Under the pieces are notes generated by a model. It did not search any database. It saw nothing but the letters and a program-made list of their open reading frames with translations, and was not told where the DNA came from. 64,000 nucleotides of DNA, from assembly GCA_045113775.1 (NCBI GenBank), contig JBGUJH010000018.1, positions 6,034-70,033 of the forward strand, read 5' to 3'. Positions 49,126-59,139 of this stretch are shown here, piece after piece; the stretch's first letter is position 1; each line of letters begins with the position of its first letter. The translations under genes were made by a program, and so were the position numbers. Origin of the DNA: Lachnospiraceae bacterium. Its GTDB lineage: Bacteria; Bacillota; Clostridia; Lachnospirales; Lachnospiraceae.

Positions 49126-50952
49126 ATGTTGTACCCGGTTATGACAAGTTCCAGGTCGGTCATTGATCTGTCGGGGATCTGGAAGTTTAAATTAGATGAC
49201 GGCAGCGGACTGTCTGAAGGTGTATATCTGCAGCCGCTCAAGGATCCGATGAATATGCCGGTTCCGTCGTCCTACAACGATCTGAAGGAAGATGTATCCT
49301 TCAGGGATCATTACGGTTATGTTTTTTATCAGAGAAGGTTCTCCTGTCCCGCGTCACTTTACCGGAATCAGCGGGTGGTGCTGCGCTTTGAAGCAGTCAC
49401 TCACTTTGCGAGAGTGTATTTAAACGGGGAAGAGATCGGGAGCCACCTCGGGGGATTCCTTCCCTTTGAGATCGAGATCGGGGACAAACTGCGCGAAGAC
49501 AATCTTTTGACAGTGGCGGTGGACAACCGGATCGATTACCACACGCTTCCCATCGGCAACTTGGAAGACGTATGGGGCTCGAGAGGGAAGAACAAGTCCC
49601 GGAAAAAAGCGAATTATCCGAACTTTGACTTCTTCAATTACTGCGGCATCACCAGGCCGGTGAAACTCCTTATTATGCCGAAGAGTTACATTGAGGATAT
49701 CTCAATTGTCTCAGAGGTAAAGCATACCGGCGAAGGAAGGGGAGATGCCGCTCTGTACTATCAGATTGAAATGGGCGGTGAAGGTACTTTTGACGCAAAT
49801 TCCTGCAGAGTAGAGGTGTTCGATGAAGACGGGAACCCGGCAGGGACAGGGAAAGGGTTGACCGGACAGATCAGTATTAAGAATGCCGCTCTCTGGCAGC
49901 CGTTGAACTCTTACCTCTATACTGTAAAGGTGAACTGCGGGGAAGATACTTACGAGATGCCTTACGGAATCCGTACAGTCCGGATCGATGGGACCAGATT
50001 CCTGATCAATGAGAAACCATTCTATTTTAAGGGGTATGGAAAGCACGAAGACACTTTCCCGAATGGCAGAGGGGAGAACATACCAATGTATGTGAAGGAT
50101 ATCTCCCTGATGAAGTGGCAGGGGGCCAACAGCTTCCGCTGCAGCCATTATCCGTACAGCGAAGAAATCATGAGGCTCGCGGACGCGGAAGGCCTGGTCG
50201 TGATCGATGAGACGCCCGGCGTAGGAATCAACCTGGCCTTTGGCGGAGGGGCGAATTTCGACGGCAAGAAGAAGGTGACATATGACAGTGAGACAGGCGT
50301 GCAGACCTTCGGGCACCATCAAGATGTGATCCGGGATTTGATCCGCAGGGATAAGAACTACGCCTGTGTGGTCATGTGGAATATTGCGAATGAGCCGGAT
50401 GGCGCCGGCGCAGGAGCTTATGAATACTTCAAGCCGCTGTTTGATCTCGCCAGAGAAGAGGATCCCGCCAAGCGGCCCTTGTGCATGGCAAGCGCCCAGG
50501 TATCAGGCGGTCCCGACACTGACGTGTCCGCGCGCCTGTCAGATGTCATCTGTCTGAACCGGTATTACGGATGGTATGAAGGAGGTCCGCATCTTGATGA
50601 GGCGGTCGAATGGTTCCGGGAAGAACTGAATCAGTGGCAGAAACTCGGGAAGCCTCTTATGATCACAGAGTACGGGGCAGATACAGTCGCAGGGCTGCAC
50701 GACACTACGCCCGTCATGTTTACGGAAGAATATCAGCTGGAGTATTACCGGATGAACAACCGCGTACTGGATGACTATTCTTTTGTTGTCGGAGAACACT
50801 TGTGGAGTTTCGCAGATTTCGCGACAGGGCAGGGAACAAGCAGGGTGCAGGGCAATAAGAAAGGGCTCTTTACTAGAGACCGAAGGCCCAAGCTGGCTGC
50901 TCATTATATAAAAGATCGCTGGCAGAAGATTCCGAGTTTTAACTATAAATGA
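49126..50952 (+). CDS. uidA: GH2 beta-glucuronidase
   Basis: MLYP, FDFFNY.GI.RPV, G.GKHED, FR.SHYPY, W.IANEP, NRYYGWY, ITEYGAD, GNKKG. Confidence 0.92.
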   Translation: MLYPVMTSSRSVIDLSGIWKFKLDDGSGLSEGVYLQPLKDPMNMPVPSSYNDLKEDVSFRDHYGYVFYQRRFSCPASLYRNQRVVLRFEAVTHFARVYLNGEEIGSHLGGFLPFEIEIGDKLREDNLLTVAVDNRIDYHTLPIGNLEDVWGSRGKNKSRKKANYPNFDFFNYCGITRPVKLLIMPKSYIEDISIVSEVKHTGEGRGDAALYYQIEMGGEGTFDANSCRVEVFDEDGNPAGTGKGLTGQISIKNAALWQPLNSYLYTVKVNCGEDTYEMPYGIRTVRIDGTRFLINEKPFYFKGYGKHEDTFPNGRGENIPMYVKDISLMKWQGANSFRCSHYPYSEEIMRLADAEGLVVIDETPGVGINLAFGGGANFDGKKKVTYDSETGVQTFGHHQDVIRDLIRRDKNYACVVMWNIANEPDGAGAGAYEYFKPLFDLAREEDPAKRPLCMASAQVSGGPDTDVSARLSDVICLNRYYGWYEGGPHLDEAVEWFREELNQWQKLGKPLMITEYGADTVAGLHDTTPVMFTEEYQLEYYRMNNRVLDDYSFVVGEHLWSFADFATGQGTSRVQGNKKGLFTRDRRPKLAAHYIKDRWQKIPSFNYK

Positions 50953-51341
50953 GTTGTGACAAGGGGACGAAAGAGATGCGTCAGATTGTGGAGAAGATCA
51001 CAGATAAACCTGTGGTGGTCCTCATCACACATGTAGACGGAGATCACATCCACTGCCTGGGACAGTTTGAAGAAGCGTGGATGAGCCCGTCGGAATATGC
51101 CAGATTCCACAACGACACCGGCACAAATCCGAACCTGCATCCCATCTGGGACGGAGATATCTTTGACTTGGGCGGTGTCAAGCTTGAAGCTGTCATGAAT
51201 CCGGGACATACGAGCGGATGCTGCACCTTCCTTGACCGCGCGAACCGCCGCCTGATCGGAGGCGACAGCATTCAGCGGGGCGGTATGCTGTACATGTTCG
51301 GCGCTGACAGAGATCTGGGGAGTCCCGATCCGGGTATTTGA
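50949..51341 (+). pseudogene. Truncated MBL-fold metallo-hydrolase
   Basis: THVDGDH, PGHT.G, GGD motifs but only 130 aa; N-terminal strands and final His region are missing. Confidence 0.55.
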
Positions 51342-51459
51342 CCTGGGGATTGACAAAGTGCTTTATGAGAGGAAGCGCGAGTTCTTCGAAAAATGATGTG
51401 CCCGTGGACGGTTTTCCTGCATGAGAGGCTGCATCCGTTTTGGGGCATAGATTTCCTTT

Positions 51460-51588
51460 GTTGGATTATTACAGGATTAATATCACTTCCTGCCCCCATG
51501 AAAAAAAGGCAGAAATGAGCACACAATTTGCCGGTCTGCCTTTTTTTCATGGGGGCAGGTTGGTCAATATCAGCCCTTATGATCCAAC
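51460..51588. repeat. Two-unit copy (C) of the GTTGGA-N26-GCCYCCAT element
   Basis: GTTGGA 51460, GCCCCCAT 51492, ATGGGGGC 51549, TCCAAC ending 51588; central gaaaaaaaggcag/ctgcctttttttc hairpin. Confidence 0.75.
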
Positions 51589-51666
51589 ATTAGTGAAGTC
51601 ACAGCCCAAAGGGAAGCCATAGCCCCAAAAGGGAAGTCACAGCCCCGAGTGGTATAACAACAGTTT

Positions 51667-52734
51667 CTAAACTATAACTCCGCCCCCGATCACAACATCC
51701 CCGTCATAGAGGACGACGGACTGCCCGGGCGTGATGGCGCGCTGCGGCTCATCAAATTCGACCTTGAGAAGGTCATCCTCAGGCTGGGTGACTGTGCATG
51801 GCTGCTCCTTGTGGCGATAGCGGATCTTGGCGCTGCAACGCAGCGGGCTGTCGATGCGGTCCACAGTGATCAGATTGATCCTGCGGGCATACAGAGTACG
51901 CTTCATCAGGTCATCATTTGTTCCCAGCGTAACAGTGTTGGTCTCCGGGTCGATCTTCGTTACGTAGCAGCGGTGCGCCGCCGGAATTCCGAGTCCCCGG
52001 CGCTGGCCGAGCGTGTAGTGAATGATGCCTTTGTGGCGCCCAAGGACATTGCCCTGCGCGTCCACAAAATCGCCGGCCGGACACCTCGAGCCGCTGTAGC
52101 GCTCGATGAAACCCGCGTAGTCGCCGTCAGGCACAAAGCAGATATCCTGGCTGTCGTGCTTCTGCGCGTTTTTAAATCCGCTCTCCGAGGCGATTTCTCT
52201 GGTTGTGGCTTTGTCCTGGTCGCCGAGCGGGAACTGCACATGGGCAAGCTGCTCCTGTGTCAGAACATAGAGCACATAACTCTGATCCTTGGCAGGGTCG
52301 AGCGCCTTCAAGAGAAGGTAGCGGCCAAGCTGAGGATTATATTTTGTCCGCGCATAGTGCCCGGTCACCAAAATATCGCAGCCAAGCTCCTTCATCTTCT
52401 CGAAGAGGTGCTCAAACTTAAGGCGACGGTTGCACTCAATGCAGGGATTGGGAGTGCGGCCGTGCAGATACTCGTCGATAAAAGGCTCGATGACTTCCTG
52501 CGTAAAGAGATTCTCATAATGAACGATGTAGTAAGGGATGCCAATCTTCTCAGTAACGCTGCGCGCATCCTGTGTGTTTTCGAGAGAACAGCAGGTGTCC
52601 AGCAGATCCTTGCCTATAACATCGTTTTCATAGAGGCGCATCGTGCAGCCAATGCACTCATAGCCGCGCGACGCCATGATCTGAGCCGCTACGCTGCTGT
52701 CAACGCCGCCGCTCATGGCGATTAAAGCTTTCAT
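51667..52734 (-). CDS. mnmA: tRNA 2-thiouridine(34) synthase
   Basis: AMSGGVDSS, TPNPCI.CN, TGHYA, KDQSY, SQDICF, YTLGQRRGLG, PGQ.VV.Y. Confidence 0.97.
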   Translation of the reverse strand: MKALIAMSGGVDSSVAAQIMASRGYECIGCTMRLYENDVIGKDLLDTCCSLENTQDARSVTEKIGIPYYIVHYENLFTQEVIEPFIDEYLHGRTPNPCIECNRRLKFEHLFEKMKELGCDILVTGHYARTKYNPQLGRYLLLKALDPAKDQSYVLYVLTQEQLAHVQFPLGDQDKATTREIASESGFKNAQKHDSQDICFVPDGDYAGFIERYSGSRCPAGDFVDAQGNVLGRHKGIIHYTLGQRRGLGIPAAHRCYVTKIDPETNTVTLGTNDDLMKRTLYARRINLITVDRIDSPLRCSAKIRYRHKEQPCTVTQPEDDLLKVEFDEPQRAITPGQSVVLYDGDVVIGGGVIV

Positions 52735-52806
52735 GGAATATACTGACCTTTCAGATAACAAATGTCGACTAAATCAATACCAGTATATTCTGCAGGATTA
52801 GAGGAT

Positions 52807-52927
52807 GTCAAACAACCCTGGGGGTCAAACAACCCCGGAGGTCAAGCGCCCGCGGAGGTCAAGCGCCCGGAGGGGGTCAAACACCCCCGGAGGTCAAGCG
52901 CCCGGAGGTCGAACACCCCCGGAGGTC
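52807..52927. repeat. About 7 tandem ~17-bp repeats
   Basis: GTCAA(A/G)C...CC(C)GG(A)G units starting 52807, 52824, 52841, 52858, 52876, 52893, 52908. Confidence 0.8.
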
Positions 52928-53036
52928 TCCGGCACAAAAGATCAGAATCATGGTAGAATGGAATAAGGTGCAGCGGCTCGTTTTGCGAGTCTTGACTGCC
53001 TCGACTAATCATTATTGCAAAGGAGCAGGGAGAACT

Positions 53037-54555
53037 ATGAAAAGACTGACAGCACTGGCTCTTGCCGGCGTGCTGCTGCTATGCGTGGGTCGTATATACG
53101 GAGAATTTCTCCACACATTCTGACGCCGCTTACCTTGCGCACTATGTCAAGTCAAATGGCGAATATCTGTACTCGATTCCAATCTCGGAGCCGCACAATG
53201 CTGATGCGCTCGCAGGCGACGTGACGGCCTTTGTGTTCGACAAAATGGAGGAAGCCACGTGGACGGGCACTATTCATCATAAAGACGGGAGCGAAGAGGA
53301 GATCACTGTTCCGCTCATGGAGGATACCGAGACCGGCAAGACTGTTCTCGGCGATGCAAAGCGCAAAATATTGTGCGCCGATTTTGCGGACTACAAGTTT
53401 AACAACACTCTGACGCCCAGGGCTTCGGAAGACGGCACCACCTGGAATGAAGATGAGCTTATGATCTATTACAATTTCATTCGTGTTTGGGATTACTACA
53501 AGGAGATAGGCTGGACCGGACCGGATGATGACGGGACGCCTTCGCTCATTCTGATGAATCTTGTGGATGAAAACGGAGAACCCATAGACAATGCCTATTA
53601 CAAAGGACGTGAAAGGGGATTTCAGGTATTCGCATTCAATCCGGCAAGTTACGGAGACTGCACAGACGTGGTCGGACACGAATTCACCCATTGCGTCACC
53701 GGAACGACAATGACGACAAACCTGTACCTGAATGAGTACGGCGCGATCAACGAGGCAATGAGCGATATCATGGGCAACATCATCGAGATGACGATCGATG
53801 ACAGACCGGAAGGTGCATGGATCCACGGTGAAAACTCACCCTCGGGATGGCGTTCCTTTAAAGATCCGAACCAGTACGAACAGCCGGGATATTTCTGGGA
53901 TCAATACTATGTCCCGAATGTCGTCAAGGGCACGGACAATAACGACAACGGAGGCGTGCACACTAACTCTTCGCTCCTCAATGTCATTTCGTACAAATTA
54001 AGTGAAGCCGGAATGGACCCGGACGATCAGTGTTACTTCTGGATGAATGTTGCGCTCGCGATGACACCGCGCACAGATTTCGCGCAGATGGCGCAGATCC
54101 TGCCCTGGTGCATGAAATCCGCGGGCTATCCCCAGTATGAAGACGCGGTAAGAAAAGCATTAGAGGAGACAGGCTACTCGAATCGTGAGCTTCCCGATAA
54201 TGCAGGGGAAGGAAAGGCATTCATCACATTTACGTACAGTGCGCCGGAAAAATATCAGGACTATGATCCGGCCGTCATGCTGTACGATATTGATGACAGC
54301 GAGCATAGTATCCATACATGGCCGGAAGGCAGCACCGGACAGGTGGCAATTGTTGTGCCTGAGGGTAAGTACGTGATGACCCTCATACTCGAAAATGAAG
54401 AGGATAAAGAAAAAATCTATTATCTGTATTCAGAGGACGGCTGGGAATCATACGACCGCGAAGGAATCGATGAGAAATTCGGAGATCTGGATCCGGAGAG
54501 TGTTATTGAAGCCGGATCAGGCGAGCGCAAGGAGTTGGATGCTCCGGAGTGGTAG
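53037..54555 (+). pseudogene. M4 (thermolysin-family) metallopeptidase, probably disrupted near 5' end
   Basis: NAYY, DVVGHEFTH, GAINEAMSD, GGVHTNS intact; the RBS-led signal-peptide ORF at 53037 is in another frame. Confidence 0.7.
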
Positions 54556-54691
54556 GATTTGCCGTATGGATTACATGGCGCTTTCCCGAAACAATTCATT
54601 CTCACAACAATGGAAGGGAACAAAACTGTTTTGCGGCAGGAAATCCCTGCCGTGTGATCAGAGAGATAACTGATAAAGAAAGGATTATGCT

Positions 54692-55159
54692 ATGAAAAAA
54701 GTGATTATCTGCGCGGAAGCTTCAGCAGTGCACCTTAAAAAGGTGATCGTCGATTTTCTTGCCAAAGAGGGATATGACTTTGTGGACGCCACATCCCGCG
54801 ACGATCTCAGCTATATTGAGGCCGGATCTATCATCGGTGAGAACATCTCTAAGGGAGAGTATCAGTTCGGAATCGTCATGTGCGGATCCGGAATGGGCGT
54901 CAATCTGGTGGCCAACCGCTATTCAGGTGTTTACTGCGGACTGTGTGAGTCGCTGCACACCGCCAAGATGGCCCGCACGATCACAAATTGCAACGTGCTG
55001 GCGCTGGGCGGAAATATAGTAGCCTATGATCTCGCATGCCGCATGGTTAAAGCTTTCCTTGACACGGAATTCGGCGAGACATTCCCGGAGGAGGTCGTAC
55101 CGGCACTGAAAAAGATGTTCGATGAAATGGACGAAGTGGACAAGAAGACGCACGGGTGA
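54692..55159 (+). CDS. RpiB/LacA/LacB-family sugar-phosphate isomerase
   Basis: GIVMCGSGMG...ANR, NCNVLALGG. Confidence 0.85.
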   Translation: MKKVIICAEASAVHLKKVIVDFLAKEGYDFVDATSRDDLSYIEAGSIIGENISKGEYQFGIVMCGSGMGVNLVANRYSGVYCGLCESLHTAKMARTITNCNVLALGGNIVAYDLACRMVKAFLDTEFGETFPEEVVPALKKMFDEMDEVDKKTHG

Positions 55160-55216
55160 TTTTGGATTTGACGTACATGTATAGACAAAAATACGCAATA
55201 CCGTCAAGGAGAATAG

Positions 55217-57277
55217 ATGGAAACGGAAAAGAAAGCTAATAATACAATGCAAGTAGAATTGACGAAGAGGTCCCTTCTCCGTACATCAGGAAAGTGTTTT
55301 GTTCTGGCATCAATCACAGCCATTCTGGGAATGCTGCTGCTGACTGGCTGCGCTTCTGCGACTCCGCAGACAGAGCAGCAAGGCCAGCCGGAGGCGCAGA
55401 CAGAACAGCAAGGCCAAACGGTAGAACAGGCAGAGCAGCAAGCCCAACCGGAAGCGCAGGAAGGCGGTTCAATTTCTTATACAGAGAAGGAAGTTCCGAT
55501 CTTCAAAGATGCCGACACCGGTGAGACCGTTGGTCTCCGGTTCTATGAGGACCAGCCGAATGTCGCTTACATCAATATAGCCGATTATTATCACCTGTTT
55601 TTCCCGGACAAGGAGATGACTGTTCAGGAAAGCGGGACGGATACGGATGTCTATACTGTTGTAAATGCCACAGGATCCGCGACAGTGGATACGGCAGAGG
55701 AGACCATTTCCTCAGAAGATATGGCTGCTTTCACAAATGTGATGATACTGACGCAGGAAGGTATGGACAACGTATATTTGGACGGCGCGCCTTATGTGAG
55801 GGTCGAAGACACACAATATACGCCGGAGAAAAGCCTTGTGACATACGACCTGAGTGAATATCAGATCGATATTCGCGCGGACGACAAGGGACTGTATCTG
55901 CCGATTGCTACACTTTGTGATATGTACTCGGATCTGGTATATCACTCTGCGTTTTATGATGGGACGAAGGTATACGTTGAGGATACGAATGAGGACAATG
56001 CGCCTTACATGACAGATCCTGACTATGAGAATAACAATTACACGGCTGTTCAGAGACCGGCAGACCTTGCGGACTTTACGTACAGGGAGCTGTGTTTTGC
56101 CATCGATCATTTCTACGGACTTCCGGGACGCTGTGTGCTGAACGATGCAGTGGCGGAGAAGGGACTGGATCGAGCGCTCACGGATTTTGGGCCGGCCGGC
56201 GAAGAAACGAAACGGCTGATCCGGTCCACCGATATGGGCGAATATCTGGCGGGCATGAATTATCTCAACTACTTCTTTTATGACGGAGGACATACATTTA
56301 TCTTTCCCGGATATATGGGTGAATCCCTGATGTCTGAAGAGCTGAAAGAGCGTTATACGGCGGTCAGAAATGACCACAGCGAGCTCGAAGAGCTGTACAA
56401 AGGCGCATTGCTGGAATTCTCCTCCCTGTCTGAAGAAAATAGTGGCAAAAAAGCGCTGAGAGACGCCGCTTACGGCAAGGACGTCACTTATGTGAAGCGG
56501 GGCGACACCGCTGTCTGTGTATTTGACACATTCAGCGCAGCGGATATCAATGCGATGTCGGACTATCTGGCCGGAAAGACAACAGAACTTCCTGTCAATG
56601 GAGGCGATCCTATCGCGATCTTTCTGGATGCGCTGAGGCAGGCGTCGGAAGACGAAGAAGTCCGCAACCTCGTGATCGATGTTTCCAATAATCTGGGCGG
56701 CTCGGCGGACATTGTGGCCGCGATGTCGGGTGTGATCCTGGGGGACAAGGGAAGCAGCATCACTTTCGACAGCGTATTCACGGGACAGAAGTGCCGGGAA
56801 ATCTTCACAGTCGACAGAAACTTCGACGGAAAATTTGATGAGAAGGACAAGGAAGTGGATTACGGCCTTCGCTTCGGTATTCTGATCAGCAGAGAATCTT
56901 TTTCCGGGGGCAACCTTTTGCCGTTCACAATGAAAGACAACGGGGTCCTTGTGATGGGAGAGAAGAGCCGGGGCGGCTCCTGCGCGGTGCAGAGAATGGC
57001 GACGGCGGACGGTTATCTGTTCTGGATCTCATCCGCCCGTTTTCGCATGACAGATAAGAATGGCAGCAACATTGACGGGGGCATTGAGCCGGACGTGGAT
57101 CTGGTCGTAAAAAATGAGGACGGAAGCAACAAAACGCTAAAAATGGAGGTTGAATCCGCTCAATTATTCGGAGTCGGACCTCAGACCGAAACAACAACGA
57201 TAGAAATGAATGACTACTCAGAGTTCTATAATATAGACAGGCTGAGTGAGGAGATGAACGCATTTTACGGCGAATGA
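55217..57277 (+). CDS. S41-family peptidase lipoprotein
   Basis: Lipobox LLTGC, Q/E-rich linker, DGGHT, IDVSNNLGG, SFSGGN, MGEKS.GG, GIEPD. Confidence 0.75.
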   Translation: METEKKANNTMQVELTKRSLLRTSGKCFVLASITAILGMLLLTGCASATPQTEQQGQPEAQTEQQGQTVEQAEQQAQPEAQEGGSISYTEKEVPIFKDADTGETVGLRFYEDQPNVAYINIADYYHLFFPDKEMTVQESGTDTDVYTVVNATGSATVDTAEETISSEDMAAFTNVMILTQEGMDNVYLDGAPYVRVEDTQYTPEKSLVTYDLSEYQIDIRADDKGLYLPIATLCDMYSDLVYHSAFYDGTKVYVEDTNEDNAPYMTDPDYENNNYTAVQRPADLADFTYRELCFAIDHFYGLPGRCVLNDAVAEKGLDRALTDFGPAGEETKRLIRSTDMGEYLAGMNYLNYFFYDGGHTFIFPGYMGESLMSEELKERYTAVRNDHSELEELYKGALLEFSSLSEENSGKKALRDAAYGKDVTYVKRGDTAVCVFDTFSAADINAMSDYLAGKTTELPVNGGDPIAIFLDALRQASEDEEVRNLVIDVSNNLGGSADIVAAMSGVILGDKGSSITFDSVFTGQKCREIFTVDRNFDGKFDEKDKEVDYGLRFGILISRESFSGGNLLPFTMKDNGVLVMGEKSRGGSCAVQRMATADGYLFWISSARFRMTDKNGSNIDGGIEPDVDLVVKNEDGSNKTLKMEVESAQLFGVGPQTETTTIEMNDYSEFYNIDRLSEEMNAFYGE

Positions 57278-57318
57278 GGCGGACCGTATAGGCAATTGAT
57301 GTATATGAGGTAATTAAG

Positions 57319-58059
57319 GTGAAACTGTTCATGACCAGCAGCCCCATGGGCGCATACAGAAGTACTAAGGCTCCGTCTTTCAAAGGGCTGAATCCGGCCA
57401 ACGGCATGGTGGAAGAGCTGAAGTCCTATTGGAGAGAGGACTCACGGTGTCTTCTCATCTCGGCGTTTCCGGACAAATTTGATCTGAACGACGGGATGAG
57501 AGGAGATTTCGAGAGGATTTTCAGAGAGACCGGCCTGTCAGTGAAATGCATGGATCTGTGCGACCGGCGCGGCGGAAGAGCCGTTATTTATCAGCTGTCT
57601 CACTACGATATGGTAATCCTCGGAGGCGGGCACGTGCCGACGGAGAAAGCCTTTTTTGACGAGATCGGATTGCGCGAAGCCCTTCAAGGATGGGACGGTA
57701 TTGTGATGGGGATCAGCGCGGGCAGCATGAACTGCGCCGATGTGGTCTACGCGCAGCCGGAGATGCCCGGTGAGGCTGTGGACCCGTCCTATCAGAAGTT
57801 CATCCGGGGACTGGGACTTACAGATGTCAATGTTTTGCCGCACTATCAGGCGGTGAAGGACGACTATGTCGACGGAATGAGGCTCATGGAGGATATTACA
57901 TATCCGGACAGTATCGGCAGGGTTTTCTATGCAATCGTGGACGGCAGTTATGTACTGCAGACTGAGGACAGGAAGGAGATCCGCGGCGAGGCGTATAGGA
58001 TCGCGGACGGGAAAATTAAGAAAATCTGTGAGGCGGAAAACGTGTTTTTGCTTGACTGA
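57319..58059 (+). CDS. Peptidase S51 / dipeptidase E-like protein
   Basis: ILGGGH, GISAGSMN, LPHY; GTG start after gaggt. Confidence 0.8.
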   Translation: MKLFMTSSPMGAYRSTKAPSFKGLNPANGMVEELKSYWREDSRCLLISAFPDKFDLNDGMRGDFERIFRETGLSVKCMDLCDRRGGRAVIYQLSHYDMVILGGGHVPTEKAFFDEIGLREALQGWDGIVMGISAGSMNCADVVYAQPEMPGEAVDPSYQKFIRGLGLTDVNVLPHYQAVKDDYVDGMRLMEDITYPDSIGRVFYAIVDGSYVLQTEDRKEIRGEAYRIADGKIKKICEAENVFLLD

Positions 58060-58203
58060 AAGGGACTGAAAAAGTCAAAAAAGGACCAACCTTCGTACAA
58101 AACTTTCCTTCTCTTTTCCTCGATTTAAAACTAAAATTGCACTTGCAACTTGAGAAAAGGCAGGGTCCTGAAAGAGATCCTGAAACACAAGGAGGTAAAT
58201 AAA

Positions 58204-58395
58204 ATGACAGCAGCAAGTGCATTAAAATATTATGAAGCGAAGAGTATGGCAAAACAGCCCCGTAATCTCGGCCAGAGATTCATGAAGTACCTGAACGACA
58301 ACGTGATCTATTTTGCTTCTGCAAACGCGATCATGAGCGGTTCGGTCTACTCTTTCACAAAATATGTTCTTCCCGCGTTGCAGGAGAACAAGTAA
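58204..58395 (+). CDS. Small hypothetical protein (63 aa)
   Basis: Strong RBS aggaggt before ATG; downstream hairpin/T-run at about 58447-58507. Confidence 0.55.
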   Translation: MTAASALKYYEAKSMAKQPRNLGQRFMKYLNDNVIYFASANAIMSGSVYSFTKYVLPALQENK

Positions 58396-58667
58396 ATCTT
58401 GGAAAAAGAAAATTTGACTTCAGATTAATTTCTGAAGAAAAAACACACCCCCGGCATGGGAATGGTACATTGAAATGATGCCTATTCACTTGCCGGGGTA
58501 TTTTTTGCTATGAAGCGGACATCGATACATTGTCTTTGTATTTTTGACTGCAAAATGAGAAAATATAGTCAGTGGTAGCAGAAATGGTAACTCGCCTTTC
58601 TGAGACATATGAAACACATGCAACGTAATCAAAGCCGGACAAATGGAAAAGGCTGGAAAGGAAAGAT

Positions 58668-59123
58668 ATGTTAGAGACAGGAACAAAAGCACCGGAATTC
58701 ACACTGCCGGACCAGAATGGTGAAATGAGAAGTCTTTCGGATTACAAGGGGAAGAAAGTAATCCTGTACTTCTACCCCAAGGACATGACCTCAGGCTGTA
58801 CGAAACAGGCCTGCGCGTTCGGAGATCTGTATCCGCAGTTCAGGGAGAAAGGAGCAGTCGTTCTCGGAGTGAGCAAGGACAGCGTGGCGTCCCACAAGAA
58901 GTTTGAGGAGAAGTATGGTCTCCCCTTTACACTTCTTTCCGACCCGGACAAGGAAGTGATCCAGGCTTATGACGTCTGGAAAGAGAAGAAAAACTACGGC
59001 AAGGTCAGCATGGGCGTCGTCCGGACAACCTATCTGATCGATGAGAACGGCATTATCGTAAAGGCTTTCGGCAAAGTGAAAGCAGCCGATAATCCGGCCC
59101 AGATGCTTAAAGAATTGGAATAA
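58668..59123 (+). CDS. bcp: Thioredoxin-dependent peroxiredoxin BCP
   Basis: LYFYPKDMTSGCTKQAC, GVSKDS..SH.KF, RTTYLIDE.G. Confidence 0.93.
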   Translation: MLETGTKAPEFTLPDQNGEMRSLSDYKGKKVILYFYPKDMTSGCTKQACAFGDLYPQFREKGAVVLGVSKDSVASHKKFEEKYGLPFTLLSDPDKEVIQAYDVWKEKKNYGKVSMGVVRTTYLIDENGIIVKAFGKVKAADNPAQMLKELE

Positions 59124-59139
59124 GAGGAACAGGCCGATC

